DNA of 61,296 nucleotides, filler included, from Bipalium vagum (Eukaryota): NCBI GenBank assembly GCA_037834085.1. It is 3 parts of 3 records of this genome, joined end to end, with 100 filler letters (N's around TTAATTAATTAA, not from the genome) between each part and the next. Parts side by side here need not be neighbours in the genome. Positions count along the whole stretch, not along the records: positions 22,948 to 45,435 come from JBBMKC010220796.1; positions 45,536 to 61,296 come from JBBMKC010147212.1; 1 more part is not named here. One strand, 5' to 3'. Shown piece by piece: positions 41,035 to 54,248 of this stretch (position 1 is its first letter; each line of letters starts with the position of its first letter). The notes under the pieces were generated by a model. It saw only the letters and a program-made list of their open reading frames with translations, ran no database searches and was not told where the DNA came from. The position numbers and the translations under genes were made by a program.

Positions 41035-41469
41035 TTAAGAACATTTTCCAAAACCCATTTTAATGAATAGAGGACGACACGGCTTGCTCAATTTGTGGTA
41101 CTTTTCTGCACAGGTTTCATCGACCTTATCCAACTTTTCGAAACATTTCTCATGAGCATCATATAGAACCTTTTCAGACTTGTGATGGAAGTCCTCTTGA
41201 AGCTGCTTGCACTCTTCTCTGCTTACTGTTTTACATTTATCTCTCACGTCCTCATGCAGATCAGAAAGAGAGCTCTCTGCAGCCTCTGTCAGATCTTCAC
41301 ATGTATAATCAGCCTTTTTGTACAGCTTATCACAGACGTAGTCTAATTTTGAGTACTTCAGATCACAGACATCGGCTTGGACGAGATTGGCATAATGAGC
41401 GACCTTGTCTTTACTGTAAATGGTGGGAATAATGGCCACGATGACGAACACAAAAACGTTGAAAAGCAT
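41035..41469 (-). CDS. Orphan secreted cysteine-rich helical protein (144 aa, intronless)
   Basis: Hydrophobic signal peptide (MLFNVFVFVIVAIIPTIYS), 9 Cys with 11-residue periodicity, coding-like composition, and a TATA box about 75 nt upstream. No family recognised. Confidence 0.8.
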   Translation of the reverse strand: MLFNVFVFVIVAIIPTIYSKDKVAHYANLVQADVCDLKYSKLDYVCDKLYKKADYTCEDLTEAAESSLSDLHEDVRDKCKTVSREECKQLQEDFHHKSEKVLYDAHEKCFEKLDKVDETCAEKYHKLSKPCRPLFIKMGFGKCS

Positions 41470-41543
41470 TTTGAAGAAATACTAAGTACAAGGACTGTTA
41501 AGTTGGTACACTTGATTGATTTATTTTCAACAAATTCTAATTG

Positions 41544-41553
41544 CTTTTATATA
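41544..41553 (-). promoter_or_regulatory. TATA box of the secreted Cys-rich protein gene
   Basis: TATATAAAAG on the minus strand, about 75 nt upstream of the ATG at 41469. Confidence 0.5.
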
Positions 41554-42949
41554 GTTTTAAACGGGTGGGATACATTGCTGAACATTACCAAGTCAACCAG
41601 AACTACTCTAAAAACATTGTTTTGAAAGCATTTGAAGAATTTATAGTTTTGTATAATCATGAATTATTGAAATTACGTTGGTTTTGTGATGAAATCTTAT
41701 GATTACATTAATGTACGTTAAATTCTTTTGAAGTGTATCTTGAAAAATTATAAATATAAATAAATAAATAAATAAAAAAAATAAGATGAATTAATTAATT
41801 AAATCAAGTAATTAATTAAGTAAACAAAGAAAAATAATTATGAATTATTTCTTCTCGTTAAAGTGCACTATTCTAAGTCTGACTTATATTAACGGGCGTT
41901 TCCGATATTTCCTTAAATTTTAATGATTGAAAAATGATGACTTGATAATAATAATAATAATATTTTTTATGAAATATCAAAAGATTTTAAATCATTCTTT
42001 AATACAGTGCGGGTAATGAGAAACAGTTATGAAGTTATTTGTGAACTAAAAATAATAAACTGAGCATTTGAAATAATTTAAATAAAAGATTTTTCCCATT
42101 ATTTTCGAATTTAAAAAGTAATAAAATAAATAAAGAAGTGAAGCACATTCCATTAAAAAATTCCTGTAAACTAAACTTAACATTTATCAGAGACCAAATT
42201 CGTTACGCCTACCTGAACATTGCCTTAAAGTATAAGACGATATTTTCATAAGAAACAAAAGATACTTTATTCTAGTTATGTGGTTATTCTGTCTTTCAAC
42301 AACTTTATAGACGTAGTCCCATTTAATTCCTTTCATTTTCTTTCATTTTTTTCAAATATTAAATTATTCTCATTAATGTGTTGGGTTGTCACCCGATGAT
42401 AATATTGATAAAAATAAAATAAATCTTCCATTTACATAATTAGATAGATGGATTTCAATTTCCTGCCTAAAAGAGATTTTTCATTTTCTATTTTAGCTAT
42501 TATGAGATAATTAAAAATTAACAAATAATTTTTGATATTTGATTACGTCATAATTGAGGTTGTTTTAAATCGTCGAGAAGTTTGGCAGATTTTGTGATAA
42601 ATAAATGTTAAAAGAAGAGGATTTGTCTTTTCCTACAGAGTGAGCTCAATTACAGCTCACGACTATAATGGGCTTTTTATTTGTCATTTCGGGCACAAAT
42701 AGACTTATTATTCTCCATTAAAATGTCTTCTGCATGAGCGATGGAGATAAATTAATCTCCTCAGACAGAAGATAATTATTTTCATTTTATGGGTTTAGAG
42801 GGAAAAAAGTGTTTTTTTCAGTAGGAAAATAATTGATTAATTTTTGCATATCCATCACATTAGTTGTCTATAAATTGATTTAATGCCGTTTAACGAAATC
42901 CTGAAAATAGAACAATTGAACTTCTGATATTATTTGAAATTGAAAAGTG

Positions 42950-43964
42950 ATCTTGATATTACATGAAGAGATTTCTTTTTGATTTATTGTATGATACTGA
43001 ATATACAAAACTGTCCAACAAAGTTCCTTGATTTTTTCTTGAGTGATCTTTGCAATGTGTGAGAGAGTGTTGTCATGGATAAATTTTGTTTTGGAAGCTT
43101 TTATAGCTTGACAGCGCAAAGCTTTATCCATATGGCTGAGTTGCTTCAAATATAGTTCTGCATTAACCGTCTGACTCTTATGCTGTAGCTCAAAATATAC
43201 CAAGCCTTTGCTGTTTCACCATACACAAAGCGCAACCTTGAATCCATGAATATTTGGGTTTTTAGTTAGTTTTGGTTACTCAATAACGTCTAACCAATAT
43301 TGTCTTATCGAATTATTGTATGACATCCATTTTTTATCTGATATTACAGTGCAATCAAGGGATCCGCTATTCTTAGCTTTGCAAAGAAGAATTACAGCAT
43401 TAATTAATTGTGAAGTCTTGTTGTGATTGCTAAGTTCGTGCAGAACCCATATCCACCACTGTATATTTTTCAAATTACGCACACGTTGTTTTTAATACTA
43501 CTATGAGTGTAATCAAACTCCTCTGCAAGCTCACAATTAGTTTGGCGGAGATCCAAATAGGTGGTTTCTTTTAATGCTTCGTTGTCCACAACGTAGCATT
43601 ACTTCTTTGATGCTCTTCGTCTTCAAGACTTTCTTCACCATCGTGGAAACGCTGAAACCTTCGCTGACATTAGCGTAATACTGGAAAACCATCTTCGAAT
43701 ACTTGACAAAAAATGCGATGTGATTCAGCTGGCATTTTACTTTGTTTAGATTAGTATAACAAGCAAACCCGCACTCTATTTTTGATCTGTCATTTTCTAA
43801 AGATTTATTAATTATAAATTAAATCAATTTTAGTTAAATAATATATCAAATTACTTGATTAAATCAGCTTTATCATATTATTAAATTTATATAAATAAAA
43901 TTTTCTAATAGCAACAATTTAATATGAAAAATGCTTGACGACTTTGTATTTGGCCAAGCCAATA
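42950..43964 (-). mobile_element. Mariner element, decayed
   Basis: TA-TTGGCTTGGCCAAA terminus. Encodes WVLHELS, DKKWMSYNN, KVALCVW, LVYFEL and FIHDNTLSH. Confidence 0.8.
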
Positions 43965-44049
43965 TCATTAATAAGAGTCTTAATAATTTGAAAACTTAAT
44001 CAAAAATAATCAAATAATTAAAGTCATTAAAAATTTTTTGTCAGCCAAC

Positions 44050-45110
44050 AGATGGATTTTAAGGGCATATCTTCCCGTGATCCTCACATTAGAAATGCAA
44101 TGCTCTATGGATTCTGTCACGGATCAGATGCTTTGGAGACTTCTTGAAATATCTGTGCAGTACATCCAACTGCTGCATATGAAAAGACAGCTCGCGAATG
44201 GTTAGTTTGCTTCAGAAAAAATAATTTTGATTTTGAAGAACTACAAAACCTTGGTCAGCAACATTTGCTTCCAGAAAAGTAATCGACTGTGATCCGAAAA
44301 TGACGTTTTGTGAGTTTGGGAAATTTTTTGACAAGCATCGCGCAATAGTTTTAACCCATTTGAATTATATTTTGAAGTTTTTTGCATACTGCTTGAGTTC
44401 CGTACAAACTGCCTCAACATAATTTTTTGCATAGAATTAACATCTCGACCTCATTACTTGCCTGACAGAAATTGTGTCCATTTTTGGATGTTGTGGTGAC
44501 CGGAAATGAGAAATGGATTCTCTATGTCAATCCGGACAACAGAGGTCAATGGATAAACAAAGACAAAATTCTACTAATTACGCATAATTCTAGTTTACAC
44601 GAGAAAAAGGTAATGTTGTTTGTCTGGTGGGACAAATACCATGAACTTTTAAATATGGGCCAAACTGTTACTGCCTAAATATATTACCAGCAATAAAATC
44701 ATTTGAAATAGGTATTCATTGAAAAACGGCCGGCGCTGCTAAATAGAAAAAGAAGTATTCTCCAAGTATTCTACATGTGGCCAAAATCACTCATGAGAAG
44801 TTTATGTAATTCGGCTGGAACTCTTTCCACACCCACTATACGGTTCTGAGGTTGTTCCATCAGATATCCATTTGTTTAAATCGATGCAGCACTTCCTGAA
44901 AGAGCGAGAATTCAAAGATAAGACTGATATGAAAAAGGCATTGGAAAATTTCTTTGAATCAAAAAATGAGAAGTTCTTCAGAGATGGCATCGAATGTTTA
45001 CCACGAAGACGGGGGAAAATCATTAATAATGATGGAATTTATTTTATTGAATAAACTTTAAAATGGAAATTTTATTTTGATTTTTAAATTATGAAAAAAA
45101 ATCGATGGAA
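44050..45110 (+). mobile_element. Mariner element, decayed, with about 160 nt of unrelated sequence replacing its middle (about 44270-44430)
   Basis: HIRNAMLY, VVTGNEKWILY, KVMLFVWWD, HPLYGSEVVPSD.HLF and C-terminal ...NDGIYFIE*. Confidence 0.8.
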
Positions 45111-45367
45111 ACACCCCCACTGGCCCCGTAGTCATATTCAAAAAATTTTATTTTAGTTCTTCTATATTTCATCTTTAGTTATATCAAATCACGTATAACA
45201 TTATATGAAATCAGTACCCTTTTCTTTTATTCCGAAATACTTGGAAATGTAATGAATTTAATTACATTGGGCAAACCATTAATTCTGTAATTCTTTATAT
45301 AAAAATATCATTTTAAGCGAATGATAAAAATATTTAATCATTAATATTAATAATTATAAAATAATTA

Positions 45368-45369
<2 letters not shown>

Positions 45370-45435
<66 letters not shown>

Positions 45436-45535
45436 NNNNNNNNNNNNNNNNNNNNNNNNNNNNNNNNNNNNNNNNNNNNTTAATTAATTAANNNNNNNNN
45501 NNNNNNNNNNNNNNNNNNNNNNNNNNNNNNNNNNN

Positions 45536-45600
<65 letters not shown>
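45370..45600. repeat. (TTA)n microsatellite spanning the second assembly spacer
   Basis: Pure ATT repeats lie on both sides of the 45436-45535 spacer (44 N + TTAATTAATTAA + 44 N). Confidence 0.95.
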
Positions 45601-45654
45601 CATCAATTCGTTACGATTGTCAAAATCGGAGTTTTTTGCCTTTGGCAAACCCAT

Positions 45655-45752
45655 CAATTCATTTGCGAATTCGTTTTAACAAAAGTGAAGGAGTCAGTGT
45701 TACACGAGCTAAGTGTTCCAACAAAGCTTCATAGTAATTTAATAGCGTAACA
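45655..45752 (+). mobile_element. LTR 3'-end fragment related to 57702-57800
   Basis: Shares TTCATTTGCG, AAGTGAAGG.GTCAGT, CGAGCTAAGTGTT, TTCATAGT and ATAGCGT.ACA with the reverse complement of 57702-57800. Confidence 0.6.
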
Positions 45753-47842
45753 ATATGATACATTGAAAAAATTATCTAAAAGTGATCGAAAACCGAAAAA
45801 GAAAAAAAGAAAAGAAAGATTATTGAAAGGAAAATCTTCAGCTAACAGCAAATCACAAGATATCCGGATAGGTTGGATTCTTTAGGCTATCAGAATTAGG
45901 CATATTAAAGAAAGGATTGCTGCAAATATATTATGAGTAAAATATATTTCAGCAAGACAGAGCTCCATGTCATAAATCGAGATTGATATGTTCATTTTTG
46001 AACAAGACAAAAATCTGTGATTGGCTGGCTCAGTCACGAGATCTGAGTATAATTGACCCGTTGTGAGCTAATCTAAAAGCCATGGCTTTAAAGTGTAGAC
46101 GGACAAATATTGAGGCACTGTGGAAAGATTCGCAGGACCAGTGGACGATGATACAGACATACAAAATAAAAAAAAATCTTTAAGAAAGCATACCAAGAAG
46201 TATCCAAGAGGTAATTAAAACTAAAGGTATTAATACAAAGTACTAATTCTAAGTATCTTAATTGTTCATGGTGTTGACGGTTTCTTAATACTTGTTTGGT
46301 CATTTGAAATGTAAATAAAAGATATTTTACTGTCAAAAATATTCTTTTTAAGTGTTTCCATTACTTTGGATTTTTGGATGGATTTTTTGAATTTACTTCT
46401 AAAAGTAACACCAATCAAATTCCTTCTGGTAAATACAAAGGGTGACCGAAGTTCAAAGCAGGGGACAACCCATAATTTTAGGTGTCAATACTCGTAACTA
46501 CCCAATAACAAGGTACCATCCTGTTGTTTTCATAAATTACCAAAAAACAAAAACTTTAATCATAACTAAAAATGGTGCGAAGAGTATCATTTAAGTAATG
46601 AAAGAAAGAAGGAAGGATAGAACAAACTTTTATTTTTTTCATAAAAATTTATTTCATGAGGTATCAAAACTCATTACCCATAAAAAAATAAATGAATAAA
46701 TAAAAAATATTAAATTTAAAATGAAAAGTGGACAAAAGTTAACAAATACACGAAAAGCAGTAGCTAAGAAACCCAGCGGCATCAAGAAAATAATATTTAA
46801 CACAAAACATTGGCTCTTAGGCCCAATATAAGAGTGTTTTTTAATTAAAGAATTCAATTCAAAATAATAATATAAAACAAACACGGTTTGGCTCTTGTTC
46901 CTTTAGGGGTTCTCTTATGTTTGTACAGTCTCTGTCACCTTAATTTCAATGACCATGCTCATCCCAACAAATCATAAGTCATAAGAATATTACTCGCGAT
47001 CAAGATGAAGGTCAAGTAGATAAAAATTTCCATTTTAATATCGAATAAAAAATATTCAGAAATAAAAGTCGAATAATAAATATTATTATAAACATTGTTT
47101 TAATATTCAACTTTATTACACTTGTGGAAAGCATTTTTCTATAAAATAAATGCTTTTGTCCTGATTTGATAACAGAAACTGGTGTTATAACGGTATAGTA
47201 TCTCCAGTACAAAATGAAAATATCAAAATATTATCTGAAAGAAAAAAATTCTTATTTTGAAACTGAAATTTTTTTCTAATTAAGTCAATATATATATATA
47301 TATATATAAAGTTATTATCAAAAAAATATAAAACACTTTAAGAAATTCAAATTTGACATGGTAACCCTAGTTACATTTTAAAATTATATATTTAAACAAC
47401 ACATAAACTAAGATTTTTAAATAAAAATATATTTTTACATATAATTTAAAGACTGTTAATCGTAAATCTAACCATAAACCAAATTCTAACAATATTTTTA
47501 AGAATTTATTATCTCTACCCCTATTTCTATCAATAATTTAATTAGAAACCCTAATTAAAAAAATAATTTTATACCTAATTTCAGAAATTTTAATTCTAAC
47601 CCTAATCTGATTGGTTACTGATTTTAAATCTTAATTTTTATTGGTCCATTGTAGTGAACCATTTTAAAAAACTGGGGAGATACTATACCATAGCCAAACA
47701 GCTTGTGTTCAAGTTGAATTTACAGTTAAGAAAACTTTTGATTTATAATTTAAAGAAAGATGTGTGCATTGTGGTTTTCTTTAATCCTGTTCTTAAATAA
47801 TATGGGTCTAAGTATCTTCCAATATATAGACTTTGTTTATGT

Positions 47843-48735
47843 ATTACGTTGTCCAGTATGAAATGTCTTATTTTTAGTAGTCAATAAGATAAGTCATAAA
47901 AATCGGGCAAATAAAATTTATTAATTTGAATATTTTCCATTACAGTTAAAACACTTTTGCCAATGAGATAATAATTTATTTATTCCATCCTTATAAAATT
48001 CCTGACTTCTAAATTCAAAAAACCTGGCTATGTCCTGTTGAATGGAACGTTGATCGCGGAAACGCTTATCGACCAGAAATGCCTCTATATGCTTGAACAA
48101 ATGATAATCTGTTGGGGAAAGGTCTGAGGAATAAGCTGGGTGAGGCAAATTTTCATACTTCAATTCATGCAATTTTTGTACAGTCATTTTAAAGACATGC
48201 GGTCTTGCATTATCATGAAGCAAAATTGGGCCCTTTCGATTTACCAGCACTGGCTGTGTGTCAAGCAACTTTCTGTGCATAGTCTCTATTTGTTGACAGT
48301 ATGACTGTGCAGTAATTGTCTCACCAAATTTTAGAAAGTCGTAATGGATTACGCCAGCTGCAGACCACCAAAAAGTTATCATAGTCTTCTTCGGGTGAAG
48401 ACTTGGCTTAGGCATCTGCTTGGGCCGTTCATCAGCGTCTAGCCATTGTGCTGATCGTCGTCGATTATCATGTGCAATCCACTTTTCGTCACATGTCACA
48501 ATGCGACCCAAAAAGGGATCAATTTCATTCCGAATAATTAAGAAAGAACAAACTTCATATCTTGCTTTTTGTTGTCCTTCAATCAATTCATGTGGAACCC
48601 ATGAATCGAGCTTCTTGACCTTCCCAATCCTTTTGAGATGAACAGAGAAAGGTGATTTTGAGACATTCAGATCTTGGGCAAGTTCTCTTACTGATTGGCG
48701 AGTGTTTTCTTCAACACCTGCTTTCACACGGTTTT
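47843..48735 (-). mobile_element. Mariner (DD34D) element with a 268-aa open transposase lacking the N-terminal HTH
   Basis: WVPHEL, IVTCDEKW, LHDNARPH and HPAYSSDLSPTD, with exactly 34 residues between D2 and D3. One TIR-like end lies at about 47843; the 5' end is missing. Confidence 0.92.
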
Positions 48736-50240
48736 CACTTAGGTGAGAAATTGGTAATAATTACATATTTCACAATCGTGATTATAGTCCATAGGTTACA
48801 TATTGAGTTGTCATGGATTAAAATATTCATCAGCCTCTTCTTTAACTTAAAATTTTTTTATTAAAAGAGTACTTATTATTTATTTTACTTTATAAAAGGA
48901 TTACTTATGAACTGGAAACTGATTGTGTTTCGCAATTATTTTATGGGATAAATGTGTTTTGTTATATTAAAAGCACCCAAGTAATACATATATGTAATAC
49001 GTTTATCAGAGTGAAACCTAAGAAATTTCGGTTTCGCAATATATATTAATAAAAAAAGAAAACTCATAAAGTAATCACCACTCATATAAATGATGTTCGG
49101 CCATCTTACAATCAAAGCACAAATCCCTTTGTTGAAAAATTCAGGTTCCTGTGAATCAAAGTAAATCTTTACCCAAATTTCAATATCCGTTGTAGTTTTA
49201 AAATTTTCCAGCCAAATAGTGCTGCATATACTGTAAACGTTACGTATTTTATAATAGATTATTAAATTATTTTAATTATTAATTAATATATTTAATTTCA
49301 AAGTGTTAAATAATAATTATTAATAAATTTTTGGTTAATTATGAATTCCAAAGATAGCAGAATTTCTTTCATTATTTTTATTCACAGATTTTGATTGTTT
49401 TTCCTCAGTTTATATTTTCAATAAGGTGAGTTGATTAGTACAATTCTCGGTTAGTGAATTAGAGGCAAATATGGCTATGTCTGAGTGTCAGAGGTGAACT
49501 AAAGTTTACTGAAGTATTCGATGCAAGTAAAGCGTCACTATGAAAGCAAGCAGACCCCACTCTTCACAAACCCATAAACTCATCGACAGGTCTTGTCAAT
49601 ATAACTTGATTTTTAAAATTAATCTTTATTAAAAATATATATTATCTTATAAATTTAATTTTTTGTTTCCAAGCAAAATTTCCGTTATTTAATTCCGTCT
49701 AAATTATTTACTAAAATTAAATTATTTACTAAATTATTTACTAAATCATTGAGAAATAATATCAAATAAAATTCGGCATGTTTTCGGAATTTTCAAACCG
49801 AGTCTCAGTTACAGAACGGATGTTTTCTTAATTTGGAAATCGAAAAACTTTTAATTTAACCTTAAAAATAATTAATAATCACAATTTATCCGTTTTGACT
49901 GTTTTCAGTAAAATATAAGTTAGAATTTTTTCCTCTAAAGTATCATTAAGTAAGAAACGAAAATTTCGTAAATAAATTATCTCATGAACGTTTCTCAGCG
50001 GAAATAATATTTTTGGTTTAAATCTCTTTTTTGTGAAAATAAATAAAAAAGTAAATTTTTTAAAAAGATTGTATGAAAATTACGTCATTGAAAAGGAAAA
50101 CTTTTTTGTTAAGATAAATTGAAAAAGGCGCTTTGTTTAAATCGTTCAATTTTATAAATTGTTTTGCTTCTGATTCGAATTGTTGAATGGTAACTTTGTT
50201 GCTTTGAGCGTTTTTGTTCCTCAGTGACGGTTCTGAGTAG

Positions 50241-51797
50241 GCCAGCAAGTACAAAAGCGACATTCTGAAGAGCAAGTGGTGGAAGAGGCTCGGCGGAGCT
50301 TTTCTAGCAGGAACGGCTATTACAGGACTCGCCGTATCGGTCGCCGTCACTCCCACCTGTGCCACAGAGCTCCAGCTCCATGCTCCTGCTCTGCCCTGGT
50401 ACCACCGGCCGCTGTGGCACTCTTTTGACCACTCGTCGATCCGACGCGGCTATCAGATCTACAAAGAGGTCTGTATCGCGTGCCACAGCATGAAGTACTT
50501 GGCCTATCGCCACCTGGTCGGTGTCTGTCTGACAGAGGCCGAGGCCAAGGCTGATGCAGCCGAGGTTGGACTCGTTTTTTGATTCGTTTTAACTTTCAAA
50601 CGATAATAACGTTGGCTTTTGTGATGATGATTGTTTTTGATGCTCGTTTTCTCGCTCAGATTTCAGTTGAAGACGGTCCCAACGAGGACGGAAAGATGTT
50701 CATGCGCCCCGGCAAACTCGCCGACACTTTTCCAAATCCGTATCCGAACCCCGAAGCGGCGCGAAAAGCCAACAACGGCGCTCTGCCTCCTGACCTTAGT
50801 TACATCGTCCAAGCCCGCCATGGCCACGAGGATTATATATTCCAAATCCTGACCGGTAACGATTTTCTTTTTTCTTTGCACATTTTTATCATTGATAAAT
50901 TGTATTTATAAAATCAATATTGAATCAATAATAATTAATAATTTAATAAAATCGATTAAAATAATCAATTATTTTATTTTTATTTTCACTTTTCAAGTGA
51001 AAAAAAATAAGTGACGATGTTTATTTGAAAATTGGATCAATATTGAATTAACGTTATCGATATTTAAAATTAATTTTTAATATAAATTAATTTATAATAA
51101 TAATATTATTATTTTTTATTTAATTTTACATTTTATTATTGATTATTATTTTTAATTTATTATTATATTAGTCATTATGATTATATTAATTATTAATTAT
51201 TATTACCTATGATATTATTATTAATTATGATTATCGTTTCTTTGCATTTTGAACGTTTTTGTTTCTTATTTCTGCCGTGGTTTCTGTTCAAATTTTTACT
51301 TCTCTTTCTATTTTTCTTTGCTCGAAATTTCTTTTTCTCTTCTCGCACTATTATTTTTTGTCTCCGTTTTTATGTCTTGTCCTCCCTCCTTTCTCTATCA
51401 TGCTCTGTTTCTCTCTCCCATTAACCGTCCCTTTTCCGTTTTCTCGTGGCCAGGGTACTGCGACCCTCCGGCCGGTCTGAAGCTCGGTGAAGGCCAATAC
51501 TACAACCCGTACTTCACGGGCGGTGCCATTAGCATGGCCAAGGCGCTGCACACGGATATGCTCCAGTTCGCGGACGGAACGCCGGCAACGGCCAGCCAAA
51601 TGGCCAAGGACGTCATCACGTTCCTGTCATGGGCCGCAGACCCACACCACGACTACCGCAAGCAGGTGCTCATGAAGAGCGTCGCGCTCTTCTCCTTGGC
51701 CCTGGCCATCGCCTGGTACTATCGGCGACTCAAGTGGAGCTACCTGCGCTCCATGCAGTACGTGTACAAGGACCGCAAGCCACCCAAGAACATTTAG
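50241..51797 (+). CDS. CYC1: Cytochrome c1, mitochondrial complex III heme protein; exons 50241-50564, 50660-50855, 51454-51797 (first exon(s) unresolved, probably about 49780-49950)
   Basis: Motifs: [23 protein letters not shown] (CxxCH heme site), [57 protein letters not shown] and a C-terminal TM helix followed by KWS. Introns are 95 and 598 nt, GT-AG and phase-consistent. Confidence 0.96.
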
Positions 51798-52978
51798 ACT
51801 GCCCTCGCGCACTTCCCCGCGCTCCATGCAGCGATAGTAAATATTATTATTATTCTCAGTGATCATCGATCGATATTGGAAATAAATAAATAAAGCCGAG
51901 TCTTATCTTTGTTTTTATCTTTACAACGAAATATATTATTATTATTTATTAATTAATTAAAAATATTGGGAAAAGTAAAGTTACCTTATGGAATCACCAT
52001 GTCTCATATTAAAATGATATATTTACACAAGAGATATTTTACTATTTGAGCTATTCTTATTGGTAATTTGTTTTCGATTAACCAACCCAATGTATTATGT
52101 GATTGGCATAATGTTTCAAGAGGGCTTAAGATCTTTACAAATGAAAAGTTTACAACCAATAAGTATCCATTAAAGATGGTGAATCTTCACTAAAATTGAT
52201 TTCTCCTTTTGAATATGTTTTTAATTAATTTTTTTCATAATGTCTCGTCCAATGACGATATTGCATAACTCATTTTTGTGATAACCACCATTTTCTGGAG
52301 CTGTTTCATAATCAAAAACGAAAGATTTTGTATATTTTTATAGTTATCTTCATTTTTAAAATAACATCACTAATAGGAAGATTACAAATCAGATGATTTT
52401 AATATTAACATTTGTGTTCATCCGAATTAAAATATTCTTTATTGTAAATGTCTCATGTTTCTGAATATATCTAAGACGTGCTTTTTCGTGTGTTGCATCA
52501 AAGCACGATTAAAAATGTTTGAAAATATTTTAATGATTTGAAATATTTGATATTTTTCCACCTGAAATTAGTGGTGATTTTCTTGATCAAATTAAAATAT
52601 TGTATTAAAAACGTCATTACCCTCATAAAATCAAATTTATTCGGTTATATATCTCTAGACTGTAATATCATGAAATGTACCAAAAATATTATTCTTGACC
52701 TTTAAGAAGCTCCCGTAAAAGGATAGTGTAAATGTTACTATACAAATAGAAACAGTGGACCAACTGGTTCATCAATTTCTAAATCAATATGAAATTCGAC
52801 CTATGTGCATTACGGTATGAAGTAATTGTCTTGAACCGGGACAATGTGAATGATTATGAATAAATTCTGAGAAAGTTATCGATTTACCTTTCGACTTTTC
52901 AACGGACTAAGGCTGCTATGAAATGTGTTTTGTGATTTAAAAGTGACTTAATTAAAGTATAATAATATATTATTAGTA

Positions 52979-54196
52979 TCAGTTTGTGTAGTATGAAATT
53001 TGTTAAATGAAAAACAAAGTTTATTTATAAATTACAAATAAAAGAAACTATGCTATTCATCAAAATAGGCATCCATATTGTCTACACATTTTTGCCATTT
53101 GAGCGGCAGCTTGTTCATGCAGGTCATATAACACCCTGGCGGGCGAGTGTCAAGGAATTCCTGGAAGGCCAATTTTATATCATCGTCAGATTTGAATTGT
53201 TTTCCACCGAAAAAGCTGTCCAAAAGCTATGTCTGATGAGTATGGAGGATGATTAAGAAGTTCCAACTCCAACTCCTGTTTTTTTTTGCCACACTTATTT
53301 TCGCCGTGTGTGGTTTAGCATTATTCTGCAATAAAATAGGAATTGATCTATTGATTAATTTTGGCTGTTTTATATTAATTTTTTTCACCATTTCGTCCAG
53401 TGACCTACAGTAAACTTCTGCTGTGATCGATGAGCCCGGTTTCAAGAATTCATAATGAATCACACTTGCACTACACCACCAAACACTTACCAGCAGTTTC
53501 TTTTCATGGATATTACGCTTTGGACTGTGTTTCGGTGGTTCATCTTTGTCCAACCACTGTGAAGAACGTTTGCGGTTGTCATATATTATCCATTTTTCGT
53601 CACAAGTGACAATACGATTCATAAATGGATCAGATTTTTGACGAGAAAAAAACATCAAACAGGCTTGCAAATGCTTTTCTTTTTGTTTTGCATTCATGAG
53701 GAACGCATTTATCTATTTATCTATGATTTATATGATCTAAAATAGTTTTTTTGGTGACACTAAACTTTACAGACAACTCCTGGGCACTCTGACATGGGTT
53801 AGACTCAATGATCATCTTTAATTTGATTATGGACGACTACGTGGGTCATTTTGGAGGTTAAAATTATCCTTACGAAATCTTGAAAACCAATTGGAAACTA
53901 TTTGTTGTGAAACGAATAATGCATTAATGTTTTCAGTTGTCTGCGTTGCCGTTGTTTTGCGTTAAAACTCATATTTCATAATTACGCGTATTTCCGATAT
54001 ATCCATTTTTAATAAAAATGATTAATTTAAACAATTGATTTATACTTGATCAGATTAAAATGATATTTTCAAACAAGACAGATATATAATTTACCAACGC
54101 AAAAAACAGATTTGTAAAATATCAAGCCGATAACAAATAAACAACAATTAAAGTTGGCAGTTTCATTACCTACAAATTTCATACTACACAACCTGA
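52979..54196 (-). mobile_element. Near full-length mariner with both TIRs (non-functional)
   Basis: 25-nt TIRs TCAG(T/G)TTGTGTAGTATGAAATTTGT with 1 mismatch and TA on both sides. Encodes IVTCDEKW, LQNNAKPH and HPPYSSD, with frameshifts and deletions. Confidence 0.92.
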
Positions 54197-54248
54197 TAAC
54201 ATTACATTATATAATCTTTCTTGGACATCGGAGAATTATAATGTGTAT

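Noticed and set aside
49700-49741. Triple TAAATTATTTAC repeat upstream of CYC1 as a regulatory element
   Set aside because: Most simply explained as slippage in AT-rich DNA. Nothing else supports a function.
51249-51453. Hydrophobic N-terminal extension in ORF 51249..51797
   Set aside because: It is read-through of the pyrimidine-rich end of the CYC1 intron. The true exon starts at 51454.
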